Source of the DNA: Ranitomeya imitator
Lineage: Eukaryota
Assembly (NCBI RefSeq): GCF_032444005.1
Contig: NC_091285.1
Location: 15,500,001-15,564,000 of the forward strand
Direction of reading: 5' to 3'
Length of the DNA: 64,000 nucleotides
Every line of letters begins with the position of its first letter. Within the stretch, counting starts at the first letter, position 1. A model generated the notes under the pieces. That model saw only the letters and a list, made by a program, of their open reading frames with translations, ran no database searches and was not told where the DNA came from. Position numbers and translations under genes: made by a program. Shown one piece after another: positions 13,809-27,052 of this stretch.

Positions 13809-14386
13809 ATCGTAGCACGGGGACTCGCAGGACGGGGGCTCGCAGGACGGGGGCTCGCAGGACGGGGGCTCGCAGGACGGGGGCTCGCTGGACGGGGGCT
13901 CGCAGGACGGGGGCTCGCAGGACGGGGGCTCGCAGCACGGGGGCTCGCTGGACGGGGGCTCGCAGGACGGGGGCTCGCTGGACGGGGGCTCGCTGGACGG
14001 GGGCTCGCAGGACGGGGGCTCGCTGGACGGGGGCTCGCTGGACGGGGGCTCGCAGGACGGGGGCTCGCTGGACGGGGGCTCGCTGGACGGGGGCTCGCAG
14101 GACGGGGGCTCGCTGGACGGGGGCTCGCTGGACGGGGGCTCGCTGGACGGGGGCTCGCTGGACGGGGGCTCGCAGGACGGGGACTCGCAGGACGGGGGCT
14201 CGCTGGACGGGGGCTCGCAGGACGGGGGCTCGCAGCACGGGGGCTCGCTGGACGGGTGCTCGCAGGACGGGGGCTCGCAGGACGGGGACTCGCAGGACGG
14301 GGACTCGCAGGACGGGGGCTCGCTGGACGGGGGCTCGCAGGACGGGGGCTCGCTGGACGGGGGCTCGCAGCACGGGGGCTCGCAGG
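13809..14386 (+). repeat. 15-bp G-rich tandem repeat (gacgggggctcgc[a/t]g), about 38 copies
   Basis: Read directly; gives 5-aa periodic ORFs in all frames. Confidence 0.97.
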
Positions 14387-15498
14387 ATCCTTGGCTGATC
14401 TCCTGAGACACACAGATTTCTTTATTTCTCAGTTTTCCTTGTGACATAAAGGCGAAGTAGGATCAAACTGGGGCATAAATTCTTTATGTCTGTATCCACC
14501 ACTAGGGGGAGCTCACTGCACCCGGCTCTTATGCTCCACCTAGTGGTAGCTGGTTTTTGTAAAAAAAAAAAAAAATCTCCATAAAAACTGCAAAAAAATA
14601 AAAATCACTCAGTTTTTGCTCCTTGTGACATTTTTTAATGGCAAAATAAAATAATTAATTTGAACAGAAATGTCATTATTTCCCCCAACTTGAGTCACGG
14701 AGTATACAGAGGACTTACTGCAGTCTTTCCCAAATCTTAAAGAACATTGCCCAAAAGGGTTCATATACTTTTGAAACAATTTGTTTCATTTTTATAATAA
14801 GCACAAAATTAAAAAGGTGTAAGTGCAAAATATTCCAATTAGAAAGGTTCAGTCCGTTTTGTGTATACAGCTCTCATGCAGTCCTGCGTGGCTCCATGGT
14901 ATCAGCTAACCATGCCCCGTGTGGCAGATCCTGCAGTCTGGTGTCAGTCGGCTCCCAGGTGGCAGAGGGAGGGATCAAAGTGCACATGGTCAGTTTGTAG
15001 TCTGTAACCATGGAGACACATAGGTCTGCATTGGAGCTGAAGACCCAAAACGGTAGATTTCTGGGGTGTATAGAAAAGAAGGGGGGCAGCAACCAAAATT
15101 CATCAGAGCCGATAAGTGGCTGCCATATAATTAATGCCCCGTGGTGATCCAGAGCCACTAAAATAGGAGCTGAGCTGCAGTACTGATAGCCGCCACTGCA
15201 CGTCCAGCCGCCACTGCACGTCCAGCCGCCACTGCACGTCCAGCCGCCACTGCACGTCCAGCCGCCACAGGTGCTGAACAGCTGAACCAAGCAGGGTGGG
15301 GGACAGTTATCAGATCAGTGGGGGACTGACATGGAGTCCTGGACAGCCCCTTTAAGTGCTGCCATTTCTCAGTGGCACACATAGAGGTTTAAGAGCTCCT
15401 AGTTCTAACGATAGGAGACGGTTCAAGAGGTGGGACGCCGTGCCATCAGGTTATTTTTGTGGGAGAGCATTGCCTGTGAATATGCCATCAATTCTTAA

Positions 15499-15677
15499 AG
15501 GGATATTCCAGTACTGCTCACTTCCTCAGCGGGAGGTTGGCAGCACCCGGTGACGTCTACAGATACCTGGCGGGTCGCAGGCACGATACACGAGGAACAA
15601 TCCCAGCAGGTATCTGTAGACATCATCGGGTGCTGCCAACCTCCCGCTGAGGAAGTGAGCGGTGCCGCAATATCCCT
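15499..15677. mobile_element. 179-bp hairpin MITE (T2/Kolobok-like)
   Basis: TTAA flanks at 15495-15498 and 15678-15681; termini AGGGATATT...AATATCCCT; near-perfect internal arms of about 54 bp. Confidence 0.85.
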
Positions 15678-15881
15678 TTAATTTATACTTTCATATCCTG
15701 CGTCTGTGGTCTGGACTGATCGCTTCCCGGAGCAGGGGAGCCATGTCTAGGTCTCTACATGAGGATGGGATCGAAAAGGTTAACTTAAAGGGAAGTAAAC
15801 AAATGTTCCGGATTTCGGCTCCAGTCCTGTTGCGGGGCGGGGGGGAAGGAGACTCCGCGTTCGGCCCTTTAGAGTTCGTGC

Positions 15882-18800
15882 TCAGCCCTTGATGACAGCG
15901 ATGGGGCGCAGCTTGATGGCTTTCTTACTGATCCCGGCATCATGGCAGGTGTTCACTACGTCCGTCACGTTCTTGTACGATTCGGGGGCCTGAGGGGACA
16001 CAATGGATGTGAGTCGTCGTTCCCTCCGCGTCACTGACGGCGATAATATATACGCCGCACGGGTCCGCTCACCTCCTCCATCACCAGCTTGGGAGAGGCC
16101 ACGCGGATGGCTATGCCCAGGTCCGCCAGCTTGTCCAGAACGTCTTGGAAGTCCAGGTTGCGTCTAGATTTGGCTCTGGACAGCGCCCGACCCTGAAGAA
16201 TGGAAGAGGGGGTGTCAGAGACGCCATCTTATTAACCCCCACGCGGACGGGAGGACGGCGGCGCTACTCACCGCTCCGTGGCAGGTGGTCCCGAATGTCT
16301 CCGTCATGCCTTGCTCGGTGCCGGTCAACACGTAGCTGCAGGTGCCCATGGTGCCGCCGATCAGCACCGGCTGCCCGGTCAGCTGCGGAGAGGAGACACG
16401 GCCTCACATCAACAGCATTTTACTTTTATTTTTTTTTTAATTTTACCAGTTTAAAACAAATAAAATATTATCGGGCTACGACATCGGCGCTTCCATCACG
16501 TCCCTCCTACCGGATCGAAACGATGGCAGCAACGATTGGACTCCGATAGATCTCACCTGGTAATCGACGGCGATCAGTGGGTGGTGCGGCGGGAAGGCGC
16601 GGGTGGAGCCCTTCCGGTGGACCAGCAGCGTCATCTCCTTCCCGTCCACCACGTGCTGCTCCACCTTGGCGATGTTGTGCGACACGTCGTAGATCACGTG
16701 CATGTCCAGGTCGTCGGGGGTCGTGTTGAAGACTTTGGCGAACGCCTTGAAGACGGAAAACAGAATGAGCCCCCCCCCGGAGATCTCAGAAGCCGAATAT
16801 TACCCCCGCTCCAGCCCCGTCCTCCTTACTTGTCTGGTCAGGAAGGTCATGGAGGAGCGGTTCACCCAGGCGTAGTTCCCGGCGCCGGCCATACCCTTCA
16901 AGTAGTCCTGTCCCTCGGGGGAGGAGATCCTGGCGCACGCCAGCTGCCGGTCGTTCACGGTAATCTTGTCTCGCTTCATGGCTTTCTCCATGGCGACGAG
17001 GGCATCTGGAGAGGAGACCGATATGGGTGAGCGGCTGATAACAGGGAGCCATAGAGAGGATCTACGACGGATACACGCACCTGTCGCCACCTGGTGGCCG
17101 AGGCCGCGGCTGCCGCTGTGAATCATCACGCACACCTGCCCCTTGTGGTCGATGCCCATTTTCTTGGAGGCGTACTCGTCGTAGATCTCGTCCACCACCT
17201 GAATCTCTGCGTAGTGGTTTCCGGCTCCCAGGGTGCCGAGCTGCAAACCGAAAACGGCAAGGAAAAGAAAAATCAGGGAGGAATTCATTGCAGAATTATG
17301 AGTTCAGCTCCTGAGGTCCCCTACCTGCGGCAGCCCCCGCTTCTTGGCCTTGGAGGACACCTTGCTGGGGTCGGCCTGCAGCATCCGGCCGTACTCCTCG
17401 CAGTGCTCCTTGTCTTCGGCCCATGCGTAGCCCTCCCGGAGGGACCAGTCCACCCCCATCTCCAGCGCTTCTTCTAGGTCTCTGGGTAAGAAGAGAGGAC
17501 GGATTAGGACCCCAGGCCGATAGCTTAGGACCCCTTTAAGATTTAGGCCCCCCACATACTTGGCGGTCATGGGGATCACCCCCTTCGATCCCACCCCGAC
17601 GGGAATGTGGTCGAACATGGACTGTGCGAGCTGCTCCTTCACCGGCTGCACGTCCCCCTCATCCAGATTGGTGCGAAGCAGACGGACCCCGCAGTTAATG
17701 TCAAATCCGACGCCCCCTGCAGGGCAATGGACGAAACGGCAGCTGAGCAGGCGGAATGATGAGGGGCCAGGGTCTCTTTTAAAAGTTCATAGATCTGTTC
17801 CCTCCTACCTGGGGAGACCACTGCATCCGGGTTATCCATATCGAAGGCCGCCATGTTTCCGATAGCGAAGCCGTAGCCGGAGTGAACGTCGGGAAGCCCG
17901 ATGGATCTCTACAGGGGGAGAGAATGAAAGGTGAGGATGGTACGACACAGGCCGGGACCCCCGCAGCGCCCCCAACACTCCCTGCACGTCATCACACATA
18001 TCCCTCAGCTTACGTGCACGATTCCGGGCAGAGCCGCCACGTTCCCAATCTGCTTCATCGCAGGAAGAAAACCGCCAGCGCCTGAGAAAGGAAAGAGAAG
18101 AAAGGTCGCTCTACACCGGTGTAACGGATCACAGAGGAATGAACAACCGCTGCCATCGCTTCTTGTACGCAGCTCCTGTGCAGAACGATGTGTCTCCACG
18201 GTTACAGACTACAAACAATAACGTGGCACTCATCGATTAATCCATCATAAGAGATAAGGGGGAGAAATAACACAGGGAAGACCCCCGATATTACAGACAC
18301 GATCCCCTATAGAAAATCAGCTACTGGATCTAATAGAAAGATACCACAACGTACCGCCACCTCGACAGGCGTTCCTCAGCTCCTCAAACATCAACTTCTC
18401 CAGGGGATCATTCACATAGAAAACACCTTCCACCTGAGAGCGAGACGGACAATTACCTCCTGTATTATACTCAAGAGCTGCACTCACTATTCTGCTGGTG
18501 CAGTCACTGTGTACATACATTACATTACTGATCCTGAGTTACATCCTGTATTATACCCCAGAGCTGCACTCACTATTCTGCTGGTGCAGCCACTGTGTAC
18601 ATACATTACATTACTGATCCTGAGTTACCTCCTGTATTATACCCCAGAGCTGCACTCACTATTCTGCTGGTGCAGCCACTGTGTACATACATTACATTAC
18701 TGATCCTGAGTTACCTCCTGTATTATACCCCAGAGCTGCACTCACTATTCTGCTGGTGCAGTCACTGTGTACATACATTACTGATCCTGAGTTACATCCT

Positions 18801-21800
18801 GTATTATACCCCAGAGCTGCGCTCACTATTCTGCTGGTGCAGTCACTGTGTACATACATTACTGATCCTGAGTTACATCCTGTATTATACCCCAGAGCTG
18901 CGCTCACTATTCTGCTGGTGCAGTCACTGTGTACATACATTACATTACTGATCCCGAGTTATATCCTGTATTATACTCCAGAGCTGCACTCACTATTCTG
19001 CTGGTGCAGTCACTGTGTGCATACATTACATTACTGATCCTGAGTTACATCCTGTATTATACCCCAGAGCTGCACTCACTATTCTGCTGGTGCAGTCACT
19101 GTGTACATACATTACTGATCCTGAGTTACATCCTGTATTATACTCCAGAGCTGCACTCACTATTCTGCTGGTGCAGTCACTGTGTACATACATTACATTA
19201 CTGATCCTGAGTTACATCCTGTATTATACTCCAGAGCTGCACTCACTATTCTGCTGGTGCAGTCACTGTGTACATACATTACATTACTGATCCTGAGTTA
19301 CATCCTGTATTATACTCCAGAGCTGCACTCACTATTCTGCTGGTGCAGTCACTGTGTACATACATTACTGATCCTGAGTTACATCCTGTATTATACTCCA
19401 GAGCTGCACTCACTATTCTGCTGGTGCAGTCACTGTGTACATACATTACTGATCCTGAGTTACATCCTGTATTATACCCCAGAGCTGCACTCACTATTCT
19501 GCTGGTGCAGTCACTGTGTACATACATTACTGATCCTGAGTTACATCCTGTATTATACTCCAGAGCTGCACTCACTATTCTGCTGGTGCAGTCACTGTGT
19601 ACATACATTACTGATCCTGAGTTACATCCTGTATTATACTCCAGAGCTGCACTCACTATTCTGCTGGTGCAGTCACTGTGTACATACATTACATTACTGA
19701 TCCTGAGTTACATCCTGTATTATACTCCAGAGCTGCACTCACTATTCTGCTGGTGCAGTCACTGTGTACATACATTACATTACTGATCCTGAGTTACATC
19801 CTGTATTATACTCCAGAGCTGCACTCACTATTCTGCTGGTGCAGTCACTGTGTACATACATTACTGATCCTGAGTTACATCCTGTATTATACTCCAGAGC
19901 TGCACTCACTATTCTGCTGGTGCAGTCACTGTGTACATACATTACTGATCCTGAGTTACATCCTGTATTATACCCCAGAGCTGCACTCACTATTCTGCTG
20001 GTGCAGTCACTGTGTACATACATTACTGATCCTGAGTTACATCCTGTATTATACTCCAGAGCTGCACTCACTATTCTGCTGGTGCAGTCACTGTGTACAT
20101 ACATTACATTACTGATCCTGAGTTACATCCTGTATTATCCCCCCAGAGCTGCACTCACTATTCTGCTGGTGCAGTCACTGTGTACATACATTACATTACT
20201 GATCCTGAGTTACATCCTGTATTATACTCCAGAGCTGCACTCACTATTCTGCTGGTGCAGTCACTGTGTACATACATTACTGATCCTGAGTTACATCCTG
20301 TATTATACTCCAGAGCTGCACTCACTATTCTGCTGGTGCAGGCACTGTGTACATACATTACATTACTGATCCTGAGTTACATCCTGTATTATCCCCCCAG
20401 AGCTGCACTCACTATTCTGCTGGTGCAGTCACTGTGTACATACATTACATTACTGATCCTGAGTTACATCCTGTATTATACTCCAGAGCTGCACTCACTA
20501 TTCTGCTGGTGCAGTCACTTTGTACATACATTACTGATCCTGAGTTACCTCCTGTATTATACTCCAGAGCTGCACTCAGTATTCTGCTGGTGCAGTCACT
20601 GTGTATATACATTACATTACTGATCCTGAGTTACATCCTGTATTATACTCCAGAGCTGCACTCACTATTCTGCTGGTGCAGTCACTGTGTACATACATTA
20701 CTGATCCTGAGTTATCTCCTGTATTATACTCCAGAGCTGCACTCACTATTCTGCTGGTGCAGTCACTGTGTACATACATTTACATTACTGATCCTGAGTT
20801 ACATCCTGTATTATACTCCAGAGCTGCACTCACTATTCTGCTGGTGCAGTCACTGTGTACATACATTACATTACTGATCCTGAGTTACATCCTGTATTAT
20901 ACTCCAGAGCTGCACTCACTATTCTGCTGGTGCAGTCACTGTGTACATACATTACTGATCCTGAGTTATATCCTGTATTATACTCCAGAGCTGCACTCAC
21001 TATTCTGCTGGTGCAGTCACTGTGTACATACATTACTGATCCTGAGTTACATCCTGTATTATACCCCAGAGCTGCACTCACTATTCTGCTGGTGCAGTCA
21101 CTGTGTACATACATTACTGATCCTGAGTTACATCCTGTATTATACTCCAGAGCTGCACTCACTATTCTGCTGGTGCAGTCACTGTGTACATACATTACAT
21201 TACTGATCCTGAGTTACATCCTGTATTATCCCCCCAGAGCTGCACTCACTATTCTGCTGGTGCAGTCACTGTGTACATACATTACATTACTGATCCTGAG
21301 TTACATCCTGTATTATACTCCAGAGCTGCACTCACTATTCTGCTGGTGCAGTCACTGTGTACATACATTACTGATCCTGAGTTACATCCTGTATTATACT
21401 CCAGAGCTGCACTCACTATTCTGCTGGTGCAGTCACTGTGTACATACATTACATTACTGATCCTGAGTTACATCCTGTATTATCCCCCCAGAGCTGCACT
21501 CACTATTCTGCTGGTGCAGTCACTGTGTACATACATTACATTACTGATCCTGAGTTACATCCTGTATTATACTCCAGAGCTGCACTCACTATTCTGCTGG
21601 TGCAGTCACTTTGTACATACATTACATTACTGATCCTGAGTTACCTCCTGTATTATACTCCAGAGCTGCACTCAGTATTCTGCTGGTGCAGTCACTGTGT
21701 ACATACATTACATTACTGATCCTGAGTTACATCCTGTATTATCCCCCCAGAGCTGCACTCACTATTCTGCTGGTGCAGTCACTGTGTACATACATTACAT

Positions 21801-24800
21801 TACTGATCCTGAGTTACATCCTGTATTATACTCCAGAGCTGCACTCAGTATTCTGCTGGTGCAGTCACTGTGTGCATACATTACATTACTGATCCTGAGT
21901 TACATCCTGTATTATACTCCAGAGCTGCACTCACTATTCTGCTGGTGCAGTCACTGTGTACATACAATACTGATCCTGAGTTACATCCTGTATTATACTC
22001 CAGAGCTGCACTCACTATTCTGCTGGTGCAGTCACTGTGTACATACATTACATTACTGATCCTGAGTTACATCCTGTATTATACCTCAGAGCTGCACTCA
22101 CTATTCTGCTGGTGCAGTCTCTGTGTACATACATTACATTACTGATCCTGAGTTACATCCTGTATTATACCCCAGAGCTGCACTCACTATTCTGCTGGTG
22201 CAGTCTCTGTGTACATACATTACATTACTGATCCTGAGTTACCTCCTGTATTATACTCCAGAGCTGCACTCACTATTCTGCTGGTGCTGTCACTGTGTGC
22301 ATACATTACATTACTGATCCTGAGTTACATCCTGTATTATACTCCAGAGCTGCACTCACTATTCTGCTGGTGCAGTCACTGTGTACATACATTACTGATC
22401 CTGAGTTACATCCTGTATTATACTCCAGAGCTGCACTCACTATTCTGCTGGTGCAGTCACTGTGTACATACATTACATTATTGATCCTGAGTTACATCCT
22501 GTATTATACTCCAGAGCTGCACTCACTATTCTGCTGGTGCAGTTACTGTGTACATACATTACATTACTGATCCTGAGTTACCTCCTGTATTATACTCCAG
22601 AGCTGCACTCACTATTCTGCTGGTGCAGTCAGTGTACATACATTACATTACTGATCCTGAGTTACCTCCTGTATTATACTCCAGAGCTGCACTCACTATT
22701 CTGCTGGTGCAGTCACTGTGTACATACATTACTGATCCTGAGTTACCTCCTGTATTATACTCCAGAGCTGCACTCACTATTCTGCTGGTGCAGTTACCGT
22801 GTACATACATTACATTACTGATCCTGAGTTACATCCTGTATTATACCCCAGAGCTGCACTCACTATTCTGCTGGTGCAGTCACTGTGTACATACATTACA
22901 TTACTGATCCTGAGTTACCTCCTGTATTATACCCCAGAGCTGCACTCACTATTCTGCTGCAGTCACTGTGTACATACATTACATTACTGATCCTGAGTTA
23001 CATCCTGTATTATACTCCAGAGCTGCATTCACTATTCTGCTGGTGCAGTCACTGTGTACATTACATTACTGATCCTGAGTTACATCCTGTATTATACCCC
23101 AGAGCTGCGCTCACTATTCTGCTGGTGCAGTCACTGTGTACATACATTACTGATCCTGAGTTACCTCCTGTATTATACCCCAGAGCTGCACTCACTATTC
23201 TGCTGGTGCAGTCACTGTGTACATACATTACATTACTGATCCTGAGTTACCTCCTGTATTATACTCCAGAGCTGCACTCACTAGTCTGCTGGTGCAGTCA
23301 CTGTGTACATACATTACATTACTGATCCTGAGTTACATCCTGTATTATACCCCAGAGCTGCGCTCACTATTCTGCTGGTGCAGTCACTGTGTACATACAT
23401 TACATTACTGATCCTGAGTTACATCCTGTATTATACCCCAGAGCTGCACTCACTATTCTGCTGGTGCAGTCACTGTGTACATACATTACATTACTGATCC
23501 TGAGTTACCTCCTGTATTATACCCCAGAGCTGCACTCACTATTCTGCTGGTGCAGTCACTGTGTACATACATTACATTACTGATCCTGAGTTACCTCCTG
23601 TATTATACTCCAGAGCTGCACTCACTAGTCTGCTGGTGCAGTCACTGTGTACATACATTACATTACTGATCCTGAGTTACATCCTGTATTATACCCCAGA
23701 GCTGCACTCACTATTCTGCTGGTGCAGTCACTGTGTACATACATTACATTACTGATCCTGAGTTACCTCCTGTATTATACCCCAGAGCTGCACTCACTAT
23801 TCTGCTGGTGCAGTCACTGTGTACATACATTACATTACTGATCCTGAGCTACATCCTGTATTATACTCCAGAGCTGCACTCACTATTCTGCTGGTGCAGT
23901 CACTGTGTACATACATTACATTACTGATCCTGAGTTACCTCCTGTATTATACTCCAGAGCTGCACTCACTAGTCTGCTGGTGCAGTCACTGTGTACATAC
24001 ATTACATTACTGATCCTGAGTTACATCCTGTATTATACCCCAGAGCTGCACTCACTATTTTGCTGGTGCAGTCACTGTGTACATACATTACATTACTGAT
24101 CCTGAGTTACCTCCTGTATTATACCCCAGAGCTGCACTCACTATTCTGCTGGTGCAGTCACTGTGTACATACATTACATTACTGATCCTGAGCTACATCC
24201 TGTATTATACCCCAGAGCTGCACTCACTATTCTGCTGGTGCAGTCACTGTGTACATACATTACATTACTGATCCTGAGTTACATCCTGTATTATACCCCA
24301 GAGCTGCACTCACTATTCTGCTGGTGCAGTCACTGAGTACATACATTACATTACTGATCCTGAGTTACCTCCTGTATTATACCCCAGAGCTGCACTCACT
24401 ATTCTGCTGGTGCAGTCACTGTGTACATACATTACATTACTGATCCTGAGCTACATCCTGTATTATACCCCAGAGCTGCACTCACTATTCTGCTGGTGCA
24501 GTCACTGTGTACATACATTACATTACTGATCCTGAGTTACCTCCTGTATTATACCCCAGAGCTGCACTCACTATTCTGCTGGTGCAGTCACTGTGTACAT
24601 ACATTACATTACTGATCCTGAGCTACATCCTGTATTATACCCCAGAGCTGCACTCACTATTCTGCTGGTGCAGTCACTGTGTACATACATTACATTACTG
24701 ATCCTGAGTTACATCCTGTATTATACCCCAGAGCTGCGCTCACTATTCTGCTGGTGCAGTCACTGAGTACATACATTACATTACTGATCCTGAGTTACAT

Positions 24801-26501
24801 CCTGTATTATACCCCAGAGCTGCACTCACTATTCTGCTGGTGCAGTCACTGTGTACATACATTACATTACTGATCCTGAGTTACATCTTGTATTATACCC
24901 CAGAGCTGCACTCACTATTCTGCTGGTGCAGTCACTGTGTACATACATTACATTACTGATCCTGAGTTACCTCCTGTATTATACCCCAGAGCTGCACTCA
25001 CTATTCTGCTGGTGCAGTCACTGTGTACATACATTACATTACTGATCCTGAGTTACATCTTGTATTATACCCCAGAGCTGCACTCACTATTCTGCTGGTG
25101 CAGTCACTGTGTACATACATTACATTACTGATCCTGAGTTACCTCCTGTATTATACCCCAGAGCTGCACTCACTATTCTGCTGGTGCAGTCACTGTGTAC
25201 ATACATTACATTACTGATCCTGAGTTACCTCCTGTATTATACCCCAGAGCTGCACTCACTATTCTGCTGGTGCAGTCGCTGTGTACATACATTACATTAC
25301 TGATCCTGAGTTACATCCTGTATTATACTCCAGAGCTGCACTCACTATTCTGCTGGTGCAGTCACTGTGTACACACATTACATTACTGATCCTGAGTTAC
25401 ATCCTGTATTATACCCCAGAGCTGCACTCACTATTCTGCTGGTGCAGTCACTGTGTACATACATTACATTACTGATCCTGAGTTACCTCCTGTATTATAC
25501 CCCAGAGCTGCACTCACTATTCTGCTGGTGCAGTCACTGTGTACATACATTACATTACTGATCCTGAGTTACCTCCTGTATTATACCCCAGAGCTGCACT
25601 CACTATTCTGCTGGTGCAGTCACTGTGTACATACATTACATTACTGATCATGAGTTACATCCTGTATTATACTCCAGAGCTGCACTCACTATTCTGCTGG
25701 TGCAGTCACTGTGTACATACATTACTGATCCTGAGTTACCTCCTGTATTATACCCCAGAGCTGCACTCACTATTCTGCTGGTGCAGTCACTGTGTACATA
25801 CATTACATTACTGATCCTGAGTTACATCCTGTATTATACTCCAGAGCTGCACTCACTATTCTGCTGGTGCAGTCACTGTGTACATACATTACATTACTGA
25901 TCCTGAGATACATCCTGTATTATACCCCAGAGCTGCACTCACTATTCTGCTGGTGCAGTCACTGTGTACATACATTACATTACTGATCCTGAGTTACATC
26001 CTGTATTATACCCCAGAGCTGCACTCACTATTCTGCTGGTGCAGTCACTGTGTACATACATTACATTACTGATCTTGAGTTACATCCTGTATTATACTCC
26101 AGAGCTGCACTCACTATTCTGCTGGTGCAGTCACTGTGTACATACATTACATTACTGATCTTGAGTTACATCCTGTATTATACTCCAGAGCTGCACTCAC
26201 TATTCTGCTGGTGCAGTCACTGTGTACATACATTACATTACTGATCCTGAGTTACATCCTGTATTATACCCCAGAGCTGCACTCACTATTCTGCTGCAGT
26301 CAGTGTCAGTAGCGCCACCTATAGCCCGTACTCCGGCATTACACTGGCTATACACAGCTGTGTGGCCCCTGCACTGCTCACGGCGCCCCCTCTCGGCCGG
26401 ATACGGACCTGCATGTTGGGGACGAATCCCTTGCGGATCCTCCAGCAGTTCTTGTGGATCTTGTCCAGATACTGTAACTCGTCATTGTAGCTGCGGCTCA
26501 T
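15882..26501 (-). CDS. RTCB: RNA-splicing ligase RtcB homolog (tRNA ligase complex catalytic subunit), complete
   Basis: Twelve GT-AG exons: 26501-26409, 18433-18355, 18081-18014, 17908-17809, 17716-17560, 17481-17325, 17240-17081, 17005-16830, 16745-16557, 16382-16272, 16192-16073, 15989-15882. Total 1518 nt = 505 aa + TGA. Runs [12 protein letters not shown]...PIAVIKG*, with motifs [24 protein letters not shown] and CHGAGR. Confidence 0.98.
18453..26297 (-). repeat. 86-bp (and 81-bp variant) minisatellite array, about 92 copies, RTCB intron 1
   Basis: Reverse complement of the 6001-13305 unit; 81-bp units lack one tacat. Confidence 0.98.
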
Positions 26502-27052
26502 GGTGACGGGTCCTCGCCTCACAAACACAGTCTGCCAGCCGGCACCGGAACTGAGTGGACGTCACTTCCGGAAGACGTTCCCTGCGTCACTCAAACCTAT
26601 TTTGTTCCGCCACACTCTCAATGGCCGTCATATTCGGACACCGCGTGCTACCACGTGATTTGACGTTTACACACGCGCGTTTCCTCCAGTTTTCCTTTTA
26701 GCTTGTGACCGTGATGTCATCACGTTTGGTGTGACGCTTTCTGTGTTGTTTGTGCGCAGGTAAGGAAAAGCAGCAGCGGCTCATTATCTCCCTCTGCTGG
26801 TAGAGGTTGGTATCACCTGGTTGTTTGGCGCTGGACCGAGGAGCTTGCGCTCTATTTGTGTACTGCGTCTCCTGGTTACCGACACCGCAGGCATTAACCC
26901 TTCATTACCGTGTGCTCCTTCCTATGTGGCAGCGTCAGGTTTCGCTCTCGGTCTTATATTTCTCACTTTGCGTTGCCTCGAAAGTGAAAGTGAAAGTCCC
27001 GGTCGGGGGCGGGGCGCGGAGCTGACGGCTGCTGTCTGCTATTAGTCGCAGG
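26502..27052. promoter_or_regulatory. Bidirectional RTCB/FBXO7 promoter region
   Basis: 551 bp between divergent ATGs, CpG-rich. Contains GACGTCACTTCCGGAAG (CRE half-site plus inverted ETS pair, about 26559-26575), CCACGTG (26651), TGATGTCA, (GAAAGT)x3 (26980-26997) and a GC box near 27006. Confidence 0.75.

Noticed and set aside
13628-14447. RTGAR / RGLAG / EPPSS repeat proteins
   Set aside because: A stop-free 15-bp repeat is open in all frames; no coding evidence.
26637-26660. ERSE/UPRE in the RTCB promoter (attractive because RTCB ligates XBP1 mRNA)
   Set aside because: CCACG is present at 26651, but there is no CCAAT 9 nt upstream and no exact TGACGTGG; it is only an E-box.
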